DNA of 64,000 nt from a bacterium (lineage in GTDB: Bacteria; Zhuqueibacterota; Zhuqueibacteria; Residuimicrobiales; Krinioviventaceae). The translations under genes were made by a program, and so were the position numbers. This document shows positions 1 to 9,689 of this stretch, piece after piece (position 1 is the first letter of the stretch; each line of letters opens with the position of its first letter). The stretch lies in assembly GCA_963693055.1 (NCBI GenBank), contig OY843751.1, positions 2,368,001 through 2,432,000 on the forward strand, read 5' to 3'. The notes under the pieces were generated by a model. That model saw only the letters and a program-made list of their open reading frames with translations, searched no databases and was not told where the DNA came from.

Positions 1-2
1 CA

Positions 3-1817
3 ACACCTGACGGAATACTCGTTTCAGGAAATCCATCAATGTTAAATTTATTCGGGTTCAAGAGTGAACTTGAAATTAAAGATTTTGATGTTTCAAAATT
101 GTATCAGAATAGGGAACAACGGGATAAATTTATAACCCAACTCAACAAAGATGGAACCGTTGAAGGGTATGAAATTGAATTAAAACGTCTCGATGGTAGT
201 TCATTCTGGGCATCAATTAGTACCACAACAGTCTTTGATAAACATATGGAACCTGTTTTTTATGATGGAATTATCCGTGATATAAGTGAAAAGAAACAAG
301 CAGAGATTTCAATTCGAGAAAGTGAAGAGAAATTTCGAACAATTTCTGAACAATCCATTATGGCTATTGCAATTTTGCAGGAAGGTATTATAAAGTATAT
401 GAATAATGCTTTTTGCGAATTGTTTGAATTTTCACGTGATGAAATTCAAAAATGGGGGCCGCACCGTTACTTGAAAGCGGTCCATTGGGATAGCATTAGT
501 ACAGTCTTGGATCGTGGCAGACAAATGACAAAAGATCCAGAAAATGAAGGAAATAGATTTACTTTTAAAGGTATTACTAAAACCGGCAAATTGAAATATG
601 TTGATAATTATTCAAAAATAATAATGTTTCAAGGCAAGCCTGCAATGTTAATGTCTTTGATTGATATAACTGATAGAAAATTGATGGAAGCTGAAATACA
701 AAGAGCGCAAAAACTTGAATCAACCGGTTTGTTAGCCGGTGGTATTGCTCATGATTTTAATAATCGCTTGTCCGTTATTTTAGGCAACGCCCAATTGGCC
801 CGACTTTATTTTAGCCAAAAAGACAAGTTGGTAAAGTATTTGGAAAACATTGAACAGAGCGCAGCCCAAGCTACATCACTAACGCAGCAGCTGTTAACCT
901 TTTCAAAGGGTGGTGCTCCTATAAAAACAGTCTGTAATGTAAAGGAAATGATTAAAGAGGCCATTAATTTATCGCTAAGTGGTTCAAATGCTTTCTGTAT
1001 TACAAATTTTCAAGATGATTTGTTTAATATAGATGTAGATAAGGGACAAATTACCCAGGTTTTGAATAATATTTTAATTAATGCCGATCAGGCAATGCCT
1101 AGCGGTGGGAAAATTCATATTACAGGTGAGAATCATGATCATTCCCCAAAAGATCCCATTCAGTTGCGTGGCTCAAAATATGTTCGAATAACAATTAAAG
1201 ATCAAGGTACCGGAATTCCTGCAACAATTTTAGATAAAATATTTGATCCATATTTTACTACAAAACAAAAAGGTAGTGGATTAGGATTAGCAGTTGCTTA
1301 TTCTATTGTTGAAAAGCATAAAGGGTTTTTAATGGTAGAATCAGAGTTGGGCCAGGGTACAACTTTTCTATTGTATCTTCCGGCTACAAATGAACAAATT
1401 TCACTGGAGAAAGTAATGGATATTAACACATCAAAAGGATCCGGCTATATCCTTGTGATGGATGATGAAGAACTTGTGTTGGATATGGTGGGGGATATAC
1501 TTTTAGAAGCTGGATATGAAGTAGCACTGGCTAAAGATGGTCAGGAAACTCTTGATATTTACATGAATGCTAAAAATAGTGACAAGCCTTTTCAGGCGGT
1601 AATTATGGATTTAACAATACCTGGAGGTATGGGGGGCAAAGAAACCATGGTTGAATTAAAGAAATTTGATCCAAATGTAAAAGCAATTGTCTCAAGTGGA
1701 TATTCAAATGATCCTATTATGTCAGATTATGAATCGTTTGGATTTGCAGGGGTAATTGCAAAACCCTACAAGATTAAGGCGCTTCAAGATACGCTTAATC
1801 AGGTGTTAAATCAATAA
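3..1817 (+). CDS. PAS-domain hybrid sensor histidine kinase/response regulator (5' truncated by window edge)
   Basis: Frame open from position 3; PAS/PAC repeats, H-box GGIAHDFNN, N-box QVLNNILINADQA, G-boxes DQGTGI / FDPYFTTK / GSGLGL, C-terminal receiver (ILVMDDE...IMDLTIPG...IAKP). Confidence 0.93.
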   Translation, partial: TPDGILVSGNPSMLNLFGFKSELEIKDFDVSKLYQNREQRDKFITQLNKDGTVEGYEIELKRLDGSSFWASISTTTVFDKHMEPVFYDGIIRDISEKKQAEISIRESEEKFRTISEQSIMAIAILQEGIIKYMNNAFCELFEFSRDEIQKWGPHRYLKAVHWDSISTVLDRGRQMTKDPENEGNRFTFKGITKTGKLKYVDNYSKIIMFQGKPAMLMSLIDITDRKLMEAEIQRAQKLESTGLLAGGIAHDFNNRLSVILGNAQLARLYFSQKDKLVKYLENIEQSAAQATSLTQQLLTFSKGGAPIKTVCNVKEMIKEAINLSLSGSNAFCITNFQDDLFNIDVDKGQITQVLNNILINADQAMPSGGKIHITGENHDHSPKDPIQLRGSKYVRITIKDQGTGIPATILDKIFDPYFTTKQKGSGLGLAVAYSIVEKHKGFLMVESELGQGTTFLLYLPATNEQISLEKVMDINTSKGSGYILVMDDEELVLDMVGDILLEAGYEVALAKDGQETLDIYMNAKNSDKPFQAVIMDLTIPGGMGGKETMVELKKFDPNVKAIVSSGYSNDPIMSDYESFGFAGVIAKPYKIKALQDTLNQVLNQ

Positions 1818-1837
1818 TTAGAAAGAATGGTGTACCC

Positions 1838-2212
1838 ATGAATAATGGACATAAAGTGCTGGTTGTTGAAGATGAATCAATTATTGCACTTAGTATTCAG
1901 GAAAAATTAATGTCACAAGGGTATGAAGTACCAGCTATTGCTTCAACAGGTGAGATGGCTGTAGAATTGTACAAAAAATACCAACCTCATGTAATTTTAA
2001 TGGATGTAGTACTTGCCGGTTTAATGGATGGTATTGAAGCTTCTCGTGAGATACGAAAGAATTCAAATGTGCCCATTGTTTTTTGCACGGCATACTCTGA
2101 TGAACAAACAATGGAACGCGTTATGGCTGTATCTTTGTCTGATTTTATCCTCAAACCCATATCAGAGTCTGAATTAGACACCAAACTTCAGCATGTTCTA
2201 AATATAAAATAA
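1838..2212 (+). CDS. single-domain response regulator receiver
   Basis: VLVVEDE, ILMDVVL, CTAYSD, ILKP receiver motifs. Confidence 0.9.
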   Translation: MNNGHKVLVVEDESIIALSIQEKLMSQGYEVPAIASTGEMAVELYKKYQPHVILMDVVLAGLMDGIEASREIRKNSNVPIVFCTAYSDEQTMERVMAVSLSDFILKPISESELDTKLQHVLNIK

Positions 2213-2231
2213 TCTTTTTTTTGTTTACAGA

Positions 2232-2259
2232 TGAATCTTTTTCCTACATGGCACATCTA
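2232..2259 (+). promoter_or_regulatory. possible ECF-sigma promoter upstream of trxA
   Basis: TGAATC-N16-CATCTA, resembling ECF -35/-10 spacing. Confidence 0.3.
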
Positions 2260-2300
2260 AACATTAGAACGTAAATAAACTAATATTTGGGAGATTAACC

Positions 2301-2678
2301 ATGGCAACAATAAATTTGAAAATGGATGAACTGGAAAGCACACTTCAAAATAATGATATCGTATTTATAGATTTTTGGGCTTCCTGGTGTGGCCCCTGTA
2401 AAATGTTTGCACCGGTTTTTGAAAAAGCATCTGAACAGCATCCTGATATTGCATTTGCTAAAGTTGATACCGAAAAAGAACAACAGCTTGCAGCTGCTTT
2501 TGGAATTCAATCTATTCCTACATTGGCTATTTTTAGAGAAAACATCTTGTTGTATAAACAACCAGGTGCTTTACCAGAACAAGCATTGACAGATTTGATC
2601 AAACAAGTTAGTGATTTGGACATGGAAAAGATTAAGGAAGAGGTTAAAGCAGCTGAAAAAGAAAATGCTAACGCCTAA
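2301..2678 (+). CDS. trxA: thioredoxin
   Basis: DFWASWCGPC active site, IQSIPTL cis-Pro motif, GGGAG RBS. Confidence 0.95.
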   Translation: MATINLKMDELESTLQNNDIVFIDFWASWCGPCKMFAPVFEKASEQHPDIAFAKVDTEKEQQLAAAFGIQSIPTLAIFRENILLYKQPGALPEQALTDLIKQVSDLDMEKIKEEVKAAEKENANA

Positions 2679-2699
2679 GTATTGACATATTGGAATTTG

Positions 2700-2734
2700 A
2701 GGCAGCTTTGTTTTTTCAAGCTGCCTTTTTTTTT
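2700..2734 (+). terminator. intrinsic terminator
   Basis: AGGCAGCTT...AAGCTGCCT hairpin plus T-tract. Confidence 0.85.
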
Positions 2735-2809
2735 ATATTTTCCTTTTATTCATAAATAAAAGTTTTTATATTATTAAAATTTAATACACACCTTGGGACA
2801 GGGATACTT

Positions 2810-3211
2810 ATGAAAACCTTGATTGTTGATGATGAACCTATCAATTTAAAATTGTTTATAAAGTATATGCAGCTTTATGGTCAATGTGTTCCTGCAATGA
2901 ATGGCCAGGAAGCAGTAGAAAAATTTAAACATGCTCTGGATGTAAACATCCCTTTTGAGTTGGTTCTGTTAGATATTATGATGCCTCAGGTTGATGGTCA
3001 TGAAGCTTTGAGGAATATCCGCAGTCTTGAGAATGAATATAATATTCCAACAGAAAACAGAGTCAAGATTATTATGACTACTGCATTATCTGATTTTAAA
3101 AATGTTCAAACTGCTTTTAATGAATTGGCTGATGGGTATTTGGTTAAACCTATTGATAAACCCAAGCTCATTCAGGAGATTAACAAACTTTGCAATACAA
3201 ATTTATCTTAA
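2810..3211 (+). CDS. single-domain (CheY-like) response regulator
   Basis: LIVDDE, LLDIMMP, MTTA, YLVKP. Confidence 0.9.
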   Translation: MKTLIVDDEPINLKLFIKYMQLYGQCVPAMNGQEAVEKFKHALDVNIPFELVLLDIMMPQVDGHEALRNIRSLENEYNIPTENRVKIIMTTALSDFKNVQTAFNELADGYLVKPIDKPKLIQEINKLCNTNLS

Positions 3212-3224
3212 TGTTGTCAGATTA

Positions 3225-4001
3225 ATGAAGAAAATTATTGTTTTTTTTGTTCTAGCTTTTTTTTCAATGCTTTTTGCTCAAGATCCTCTAATAACTGATC
3301 GTCCTGATCAAACCGAATCTTCTATTACAGTGCCCAAAAAATCCATTCAAATTGAGACCGGTGTATTGTTTGAGCGTGATAAAATTCACATAGGTTTTTC
3401 TGATGCAAATGTCAGACAATCATCGTTTTCAATTGCTACTACATTGTTGAGATATGGAATTTTTGATAATTTTGAACTCCGTATGGCCAGTGAATATCTT
3501 TATAAAAAAGTTAAACTCTCAAATTTTGACAAAACATCAGATGGATTGCCAGGTGTTATGCTGGGTGGTAAATTTAAGCTGTTTGATGAAAATGGATTGA
3601 TACCTGAGTCGGCAATTCTTTTGGAATTAACTTTTCCCGTGGGCAATGAACAGCTTGCGCCTGATAATACAGAAACAAAATTATTGTTTGCTTCATCTCA
3701 TACAATTTCACCTACTTTGGGTGTTGGGTATAATATTGGAGTTGAATGGATAGATGATAATAATTATTTATATTTATACAGTTTAGCAATGGGAAAGAGT
3801 TTGACAAATAGTTTGTCTTTTTTTATTGAAAGTTTTGGCTCTCTCTCAGAGCATAATGGATGTCCTCTTTCAGTTGATGGTGGTATTACTAAACTATTAT
3901 CACCCATTTTTCAGGTTGATTTTTCAACAGGAGTTGCTTTAAATCAAGATGCCTCAGATTTTTTTACTAGTATTGGTTTTTCTTATCGTTTCCCCCATTA
4001 A
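3225..4001 (+). CDS. outer-membrane beta-barrel transporter (MetA-pathway/phenol-degradation porin-like family)
   Basis: Signal peptide from ATG 3225 (MKKIIVFF...FAQ), ITDRPDQTES motif, LLRYGI, C-terminal GFSYRF; ORF-track start 3102 overlaps the previous gene. Confidence 0.75.
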   Translation: MKKIIVFFVLAFFSMLFAQDPLITDRPDQTESSITVPKKSIQIETGVLFERDKIHIGFSDANVRQSSFSIATTLLRYGIFDNFELRMASEYLYKKVKLSNFDKTSDGLPGVMLGGKFKLFDENGLIPESAILLELTFPVGNEQLAPDNTETKLLFASSHTISPTLGVGYNIGVEWIDDNNYLYLYSLAMGKSLTNSLSFFIESFGSLSEHNGCPLSVDGGITKLLSPIFQVDFSTGVALNQDASDFFTSIGFSYRFPH

Positions 4002-4034
4002 ATAGAAATTGTAATAATAGAGAATAATTAAAAT

Positions 4035-4973
4035 ATGTTACAAACAATATGTAGCAATTGGGATATAATATACCAAACTCAAAGACCAGATATTTTAATT
4101 GCCGGTAGCCCGGATCGAACAGAATACAGGGTTGTTGTTCAGGATGTACATGAGCGTTTATATGTGCTGGAGAAAATAAATCCAGATAATTACAAAGTAA
4201 AAGAAAATATAACTAAAGCTTTATCATTTCTTTACAAGAAAAATCTATCTTTTGTTCAGCCTTATTTAAAGACAAGTTCAGGTGACTCATTGATTTCTCA
4301 TAATGATGAATATTGGCAGTTGATCCCTTTTATTAATGGGGTTGAACTTGACAGACCCAAATATCTTAAAGATGCCTGTCGAGGACAAGCCCTTGCAGAG
4401 TTTATGATTGATCTTGACGAAAAATCAACTGGTATTGAAGAGGTTGTAGATTTGGATTATTTTTCAATTATAGAATTTATTGATGATTTTAAAATCAAAC
4501 TTGAAAAGAATAATCCTAAAATATTTAACCATTTAAAGGAATTATTCGACTATTTGGATTCAGAGTTTGTATATCAACATCAAGAGTTGTCACAAGGATT
4601 CTGCCATGGAGATATACATCCCTTAAATATCATCTGGGGCAAAAATGAAATACGCTCTGTTATAGATTGGGAATTTCATGGAAGAAAACCTCAACTTTAT
4701 GATCTGGCTAATTTAATTGGTTGTCTGGGAATGGAAGCGCCAGATGGTTTGTTATCAACCATGATTTTACAAATGTTTAGAGTGCTAAAAGATAGAGATT
4801 ATATTGAGCCATTAGGCAATAAAGTTTTATTGGATTTTGTTCTTGCAATACGCTTTGCATGGTTATCAGATTGGCTGAGAAGAAAAGATAATGATATGAT
4901 TAATTTGGAAATTGCATACATGTTTCTTTTGTTTGATAATCGAAAAACTATTACATCCAGATGGAATTTATAA
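4035..4973 (+). CDS. APH/type II homoserine kinase-like phosphotransferase
   Basis: Brenner motif CHGDIHPLN and VIDWE. Confidence 0.8.
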   Translation: MLQTICSNWDIIYQTQRPDILIAGSPDRTEYRVVVQDVHERLYVLEKINPDNYKVKENITKALSFLYKKNLSFVQPYLKTSSGDSLISHNDEYWQLIPFINGVELDRPKYLKDACRGQALAEFMIDLDEKSTGIEEVVDLDYFSIIEFIDDFKIKLEKNNPKIFNHLKELFDYLDSEFVYQHQELSQGFCHGDIHPLNIIWGKNEIRSVIDWEFHGRKPQLYDLANLIGCLGMEAPDGLLSTMILQMFRVLKDRDYIEPLGNKVLLDFVLAIRFAWLSDWLRRKDNDMINLEIAYMFLLFDNRKTITSRWNL

Positions 4974-5094
4974 TTCAGCATGTTGTTGGTTTTTTATAAA
5001 ATAATTGTTCCGAATTATACGTTATTTTTGTATATTATTGTCTTGTTCTTTGAAATGAAGTGGATTCACTACACATATAGAATAGAAAGTTATT

Positions 5095-5931
5095 ATGAAC
5101 TGGTGGCAAAACCTTCCTTCCCATATTGATCCTGTATTTTTCTCTCTGGGATCATTCCAAATCCGATATTATGGACTAATGTACGTAGCAGCATTTACTA
5201 CAGTTTACCTGTTGATAAAATATCGTCTGAAACATGAAGCCTATTCCTATACTTTGGAAACAATTCAATCCTTTATGGTTTGGGCAATTCTTGGCGTATT
5301 GATAGGTGGAAGGTTGGGTTACATTTTGTTTTATGATCTTTCATATTTTATCTCTAATCCATTGAAAATGATCATGCCTGTCGAGTTTTCTAATGGTTTT
5401 CGTTTTACAGGTATTAGTGGTATGTCTTTTCATGGTGGTGTATTGGGAGTCTTTTTTGCTTCATTATGGTTCTGCCATCGGGAGAAAATTAATTTTTTTC
5501 ATCTTGGCAGTTTAATTTTACCGGCAATTCCATTGGGATATACATTTGGTCGTATTGGTAATTTCCTTAATGGTGAATTGTATGGCAGAACAACAACAGT
5601 GCCTTGGGGAATGTATTTCCCTTTGGATGTTACGCATCAATTACGACATCCGTCGCAATTGTATGAAGCATTTTTTGAAGGTATTGTTCTGTTTATTGTT
5701 CTTTGGAGTTTGAGAAATAATTTGTATATTCATAAATATTTATTGGCTCTGTTTTTGATTGGTTATGGAGTTTTTAGATTTTTTATAGAATATGTCAGAG
5801 AACCAGACGCACATTTAGGATTAATTGCCCTCAATTTATCCATGGGGCAGTTGTTATGTCTGGGAATGATTATCAGTGGAGTTGCACTGATAATTTTGCA
5901 GAAATATATTATAAAAAATAACAATAGTTGA
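5095..5931 (+). CDS. lgt: prolipoprotein diacylglyceryl transferase
   Basis: RYYGLMY, GGRLGY, GMSFHGG, GRIGNFLNGELYGR, RHPSQLYE, RFFIEYVREPD. Confidence 0.97.
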   Translation: MNWWQNLPSHIDPVFFSLGSFQIRYYGLMYVAAFTTVYLLIKYRLKHEAYSYTLETIQSFMVWAILGVLIGGRLGYILFYDLSYFISNPLKMIMPVEFSNGFRFTGISGMSFHGGVLGVFFASLWFCHREKINFFHLGSLILPAIPLGYTFGRIGNFLNGELYGRTTTVPWGMYFPLDVTHQLRHPSQLYEAFFEGIVLFIVLWSLRNNLYIHKYLLALFLIGYGVFRFFIEYVREPDAHLGLIALNLSMGQLLCLGMIISGVALIILQKYIIKNNNS

Positions 5932-5952
5932 ACCAGGAAAAGGAGAAGGGGA

Positions 5953-6378
5953 ATGGCCGAGGAAAAAAACGCTGCTTCTACAGATAAAAGTCAGAATGAG
6001 CGCATAACCCCGTTTAGCGATGAAGAGTTGGATCGTTTTCGCGAATTGATTGAGCAAAAACGTAAAGAAGCCCTTGAAGAAATTGATCGCTGGAGGAGTT
6101 TTTTGTCGACCGATAACCGTGAGGAACTAGATAGCGATTCCGGTTACAGCTTCCACCTTGCGGATTCTGCTTCAGTGGGCACTGATCGCGAACAAGCTTA
6201 TATGATGATTGACCGTCAGCAAAAATTAATCGGTTATCTTGATAGAGCGCTTGAAAGGATTAATAATAAAACATATGGTATTTGTCGTGTTACCGGCAAA
6301 CCTATTAATCCTGAACGGTTAGAAGCAATTCCACATACAGAAATTTCTGTTGAAGCGAAATTAAAAAGTAAACGTTAA
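5953..6378 (+). CDS. dksA: TraR/DksA family transcription factor (Zn-finger lacking most Cys)
   Basis: Coiled coil with HLADSAS tip; ALERI..KTYGICRVTGKPINPERLEAIPHTEISVEAK. Confidence 0.85.
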   Translation: MAEEKNAASTDKSQNERITPFSDEELDRFRELIEQKRKEALEEIDRWRSFLSTDNREELDSDSGYSFHLADSASVGTDREQAYMMIDRQQKLIGYLDRALERINNKTYGICRVTGKPINPERLEAIPHTEISVEAKLKSKR

Positions 6379-6410
6379 TATTTAATAGAATATCAAAATC
6401 TTTTGATTCT

Positions 6411-6465
6411 AAGGGGTATATTGTGCCCCTTTTTCTTCAAGCCCCTTTTTAGGGGCTTTTTTTTT
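6411..6465 (+). terminator. tandem intrinsic terminators
   Basis: AAGGGGTA...TGCCCCTTTTT followed by AAGCCCCT-TTTT-AGGGGCTTTTTTTTT. Confidence 0.85.
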
Positions 6466-6523
6466 CTTGAATTGAATCCAATTTTTATTTATTCTTAAAT
6501 CTATTAATTTTGAGATTAGTAAT

Positions 6524-7033
6524 ATGAATGTTAAAAAAATTATAAAACAAATGACAACCAACGCGCTTATTCTTGATACAATGACTAAAAGTATTTCTCA
6601 TGATCAAGCTGTTTGGAAACCGGCTCCCCAGAAATGGTCTGTGCTTGAAGTGGTTCACCATCTTTTGGATGAAGAAAAATCGGATTTTAGAGCAAGGTTA
6701 AAATTGACGCTAGATGGAAAAGGCGAACCGTGGCCGCCGTTTGATCCTTTGAGATTGGTAACTGAGCATAAATATAATGAGCAGGACTTTGACAAAATCA
6801 TGTCTCTGTGGCTTGATGAGCGAGCTGAATCTTTGGTGTGGTTGCAGAAATTAGAAAAGCCTCAATGGGAACTTTATTATAATCATCCCCAAATTGGTAT
6901 TATAAGAGCAGGGGATTTGTTGGTATCCTGGTTGGAGCATGATCTGTTACATTTTCACCAGCTTTTAAATTTGCAAATTGAATATCAAAAGAGTCAATAT
7001 GCACCTTTTAATAGTAAATACGCATCTCCATAA
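6524..7033 (+). CDS. DinB/YfiT-like family protein
   Basis: KWSVLEVVHHLLDEE and WLEHDLLH His triad. Confidence 0.85.
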   Translation: MNVKKIIKQMTTNALILDTMTKSISHDQAVWKPAPQKWSVLEVVHHLLDEEKSDFRARLKLTLDGKGEPWPPFDPLRLVTEHKYNEQDFDKIMSLWLDERAESLVWLQKLEKPQWELYYNHPQIGIIRAGDLLVSWLEHDLLHFHQLLNLQIEYQKSQYAPFNSKYASP

Positions 7034-7261
7034 CAAATTGAGGGGGAAGAGATGAAAGCTGTATTTTGATAATACCATTTCTACTGGTTTTGTTTTTTTG
7101 TTTGTAATTATAAATCTTGTAGGCATAAATTTTATCCTGATAATGAGAGCCAACATTTCAGTTTTAACAGAATCATGAAAATGAATTTTATTGAATTCTT
7201 GATTGACTTTCACATTGCATTTCATTAATATTCCCCATAATAATTATTAGAGTGGTTCATA

Positions 7262-8215
7262 TTGTTATCAATATCTTTTCAACAAATTAAAGAATCATAC
7301 AAACGAATTCGTTCTTATATACATCATACCCCGGTAATGAGCTCATCCCAACTTGATTCAGAAACAGGGTGTTCTCTTTTTTTTAAATGTGAAAACCTGC
7401 AAAGAACCGGTGCGTTCAAAATACGTGGTGCCATGAATGCAGTGCTCCAGTTGAATGATAAAGAGCGAAAATGCGGCGTTACAACGCATTCATCCGGAAA
7501 TCATGCTGCTGCGTTGGCATTTGCAGCCAAAACATTTGATATACCTGCATATATGGTTATGCCCGATAATGCGCCAATTGTGAAACAACAGGCAGTAAAA
7601 GGTTATGGTGCTGAAATTATTCCATGTAAACCAACGATGGACGATCGCGAACGTATGCTCAATCACGTTGTCTGTGAAACAAGTGCTGCTGTTATTCCAT
7701 CATATAATGATCATCGAATAATATCCGGACAAGGAACAGCGGCTCTGGAATTCCTTGAGGAATATCCTGATTTGGATATGCTGCTTGCCCCGGTTGGTGG
7801 AGGAGGCTTGATCAGTGGTACGGCAATTGTGGGAAAGTCTGTAAATCCGAATTTAAGAGTGATAGGTGTTGAACCTTTATTAGCTGACGATGCAAAACGA
7901 TCATTAAAAGCAGGTAAAATTATTCCTTCCACTTATCCCAATACAATTGCTGATGGACTGCGTACATCATTGGGAGATATAACGTTTCCTATAATCCAGA
8001 ATTATGTGGATGAAATTACAACGGTAACAGAACAGGAAATTATTGATGCCATGTTTTTGATTTGGGAGCGAATGAAGATTATTATTGAACCTTCATCTGC
8101 TGTTCCTGTTGCAGCATTATTATTTCATGATATAAAACAAGCAGGAAAAAATGTTGGGGTTATTCTTAGTGGTGGTAATGTTGATTTAAAATCACTTCCC
8201 TGGATGAAAGCATAA
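7262..8215 (+). CDS. PLP-dependent serine/threonine dehydratase (serine racemase-like)
   Basis: FKCENLQRTGAFKIRGA, SSGNHA, PVGGGGLISG, EPSSA, ILSGGNVD. Confidence 0.92.
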   Translation: MLSISFQQIKESYKRIRSYIHHTPVMSSSQLDSETGCSLFFKCENLQRTGAFKIRGAMNAVLQLNDKERKCGVTTHSSGNHAAALAFAAKTFDIPAYMVMPDNAPIVKQQAVKGYGAEIIPCKPTMDDRERMLNHVVCETSAAVIPSYNDHRIISGQGTAALEFLEEYPDLDMLLAPVGGGGLISGTAIVGKSVNPNLRVIGVEPLLADDAKRSLKAGKIIPSTYPNTIADGLRTSLGDITFPIIQNYVDEITTVTEQEIIDAMFLIWERMKIIIEPSSAVPVAALLFHDIKQAGKNVGVILSGGNVDLKSLPWMKA

Positions 8216-8256
8216 ATTTGTTAACGCTAAAATTATGTTCAAGATCTGAAATATAT

Positions 8257-8284
8257 TGTAACCTGATCTGTTTTTTTGCGTCTA
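8257..8284 (+). promoter_or_regulatory. ECF-sigma-type promoter
   Basis: TGTAAC-N16-CGTCTA, 33 nt upstream of the 8318 ATG. Confidence 0.55.
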
Positions 8285-8317
8285 TATGCATGAATAATTA
8301 ATAGATTTAGGTGAAAC

Positions 8318-9523
8318 ATGGTTGCAGATACAGAAAACATAATAACGTATACGTTGAAAAATAACAATGACTCTTCTGTTTCTTTCTATCAGGATTTGTC
8401 AGGTTTTACGACCAGGTTTGAAGTTTATTTCAATGAAACATTTGGTCTGGTACTTGATGATTATTTGAATTTTTTAAATCTTCATCGTATCGAGACTTTG
8501 CGTGATCGTCGCGAATATATGTTTGACTGGCTTGCTTTTGGTGTTTTATGGCGTCAATATATATCAACTGCTGTGGGTGTGAATGCGGTTTCAACCCGCT
8601 TGTTAACCAATCTTTATTTCCTCAGAAGGAAATATAAAAAGTTTAAACCTGCTATTGACAGGGTACGTGGTATTTTATCTACTCTTTTGTTAACTCCCAA
8701 TACTACCAGGCATTTTTCAAATATCCCTTTGAAAATTTCTACAGTTCACAAGTTTATAAATTATTTAGACGCTACCGGGGAATTCCGTGAAGAAGTTAAG
8801 CGACTAAATGTTATATTAAAATTCTTGAAGCATGTTGGAGCAGAAAAAACAGAATCAATTATTGAAAAGACGATTGAATTTTCCGGGTGGTTCAAAGACG
8901 TTTCACAACAAGAATTTAATACTTGTACACCATTTGTAGAATCTTTTATTGCAACCCGGGCCCAATCTCATCGTTGGCAAGAAGACTATTTATTCTGTAG
9001 ACGGGGAAAGATTGAATATTTTTTGAATATGGTGGGCAGTGAACTGATGAACCGGGCATTTGCTTCAAATTTCCATCAGACCAACCAAAAAGCTGTATTG
9101 TTACCTGCTTGTATGCGTAAACATGCTAATGACGGTCAATGCAAAGCAAAACGGATAAGCCTGGATTATGTATGTTCCGGTTGTGATAAAGCTTGTAATA
9201 TTTATCAATATAGCCAAATGGGTAAGGAATACGGATTCAATGTACATATCATTCCGCATTCATCTGATTTTACAGCCTGGCTTGAAAATTTTGCAAAGGA
9301 CCGGCAGGTTGGTGTTGTTGGTGTAGCATGTTTATTAAATTTAATCACCGGCGGTTTGGAATTGAAATCTTTGAACATTCCTGCTCAATGTGTTTTTCTT
9401 GACTATTGCGGCTGTACAAATCATTGGCATGAATCCGGTATCGCAACGGATATTAATCCTAATCAATTATTAAAAGTACTTGATGTTTCCAGTAATATCC
9501 GGAAACTCGCGGCAGTTGCATGA
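8318..9523 (+). CDS. DUF116-domain protein with long N-terminal helical region
   Basis: C-terminal LLPACMR...C...CSGCDKAC...VGVACLLNL...GC Cys pattern typical of DUF116. Confidence 0.7.
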   Translation: MVADTENIITYTLKNNNDSSVSFYQDLSGFTTRFEVYFNETFGLVLDDYLNFLNLHRIETLRDRREYMFDWLAFGVLWRQYISTAVGVNAVSTRLLTNLYFLRRKYKKFKPAIDRVRGILSTLLLTPNTTRHFSNIPLKISTVHKFINYLDATGEFREEVKRLNVILKFLKHVGAEKTESIIEKTIEFSGWFKDVSQQEFNTCTPFVESFIATRAQSHRWQEDYLFCRRGKIEYFLNMVGSELMNRAFASNFHQTNQKAVLLPACMRKHANDGQCKAKRISLDYVCSGCDKACNIYQYSQMGKEYGFNVHIIPHSSDFTAWLENFAKDRQVGVVGVACLLNLITGGLELKSLNIPAQCVFLDYCGCTNHWHESGIATDINPNQLLKVLDVSSNIRKLAAVA

Positions 9524-9689
9524 GTGTATAGACAGCCCCCCCATATTTCATTATCATCCTATTAAAAATTTCTATTTTCTATTAGAATTTTTCCATTTCT
9601 GGTTTTTTATTTGCTTTATTGCTATATATTTGCTTTATTCGAATACATTATATTAAACTAGTTTTGTATTTATGATTATGGAGCATTGT

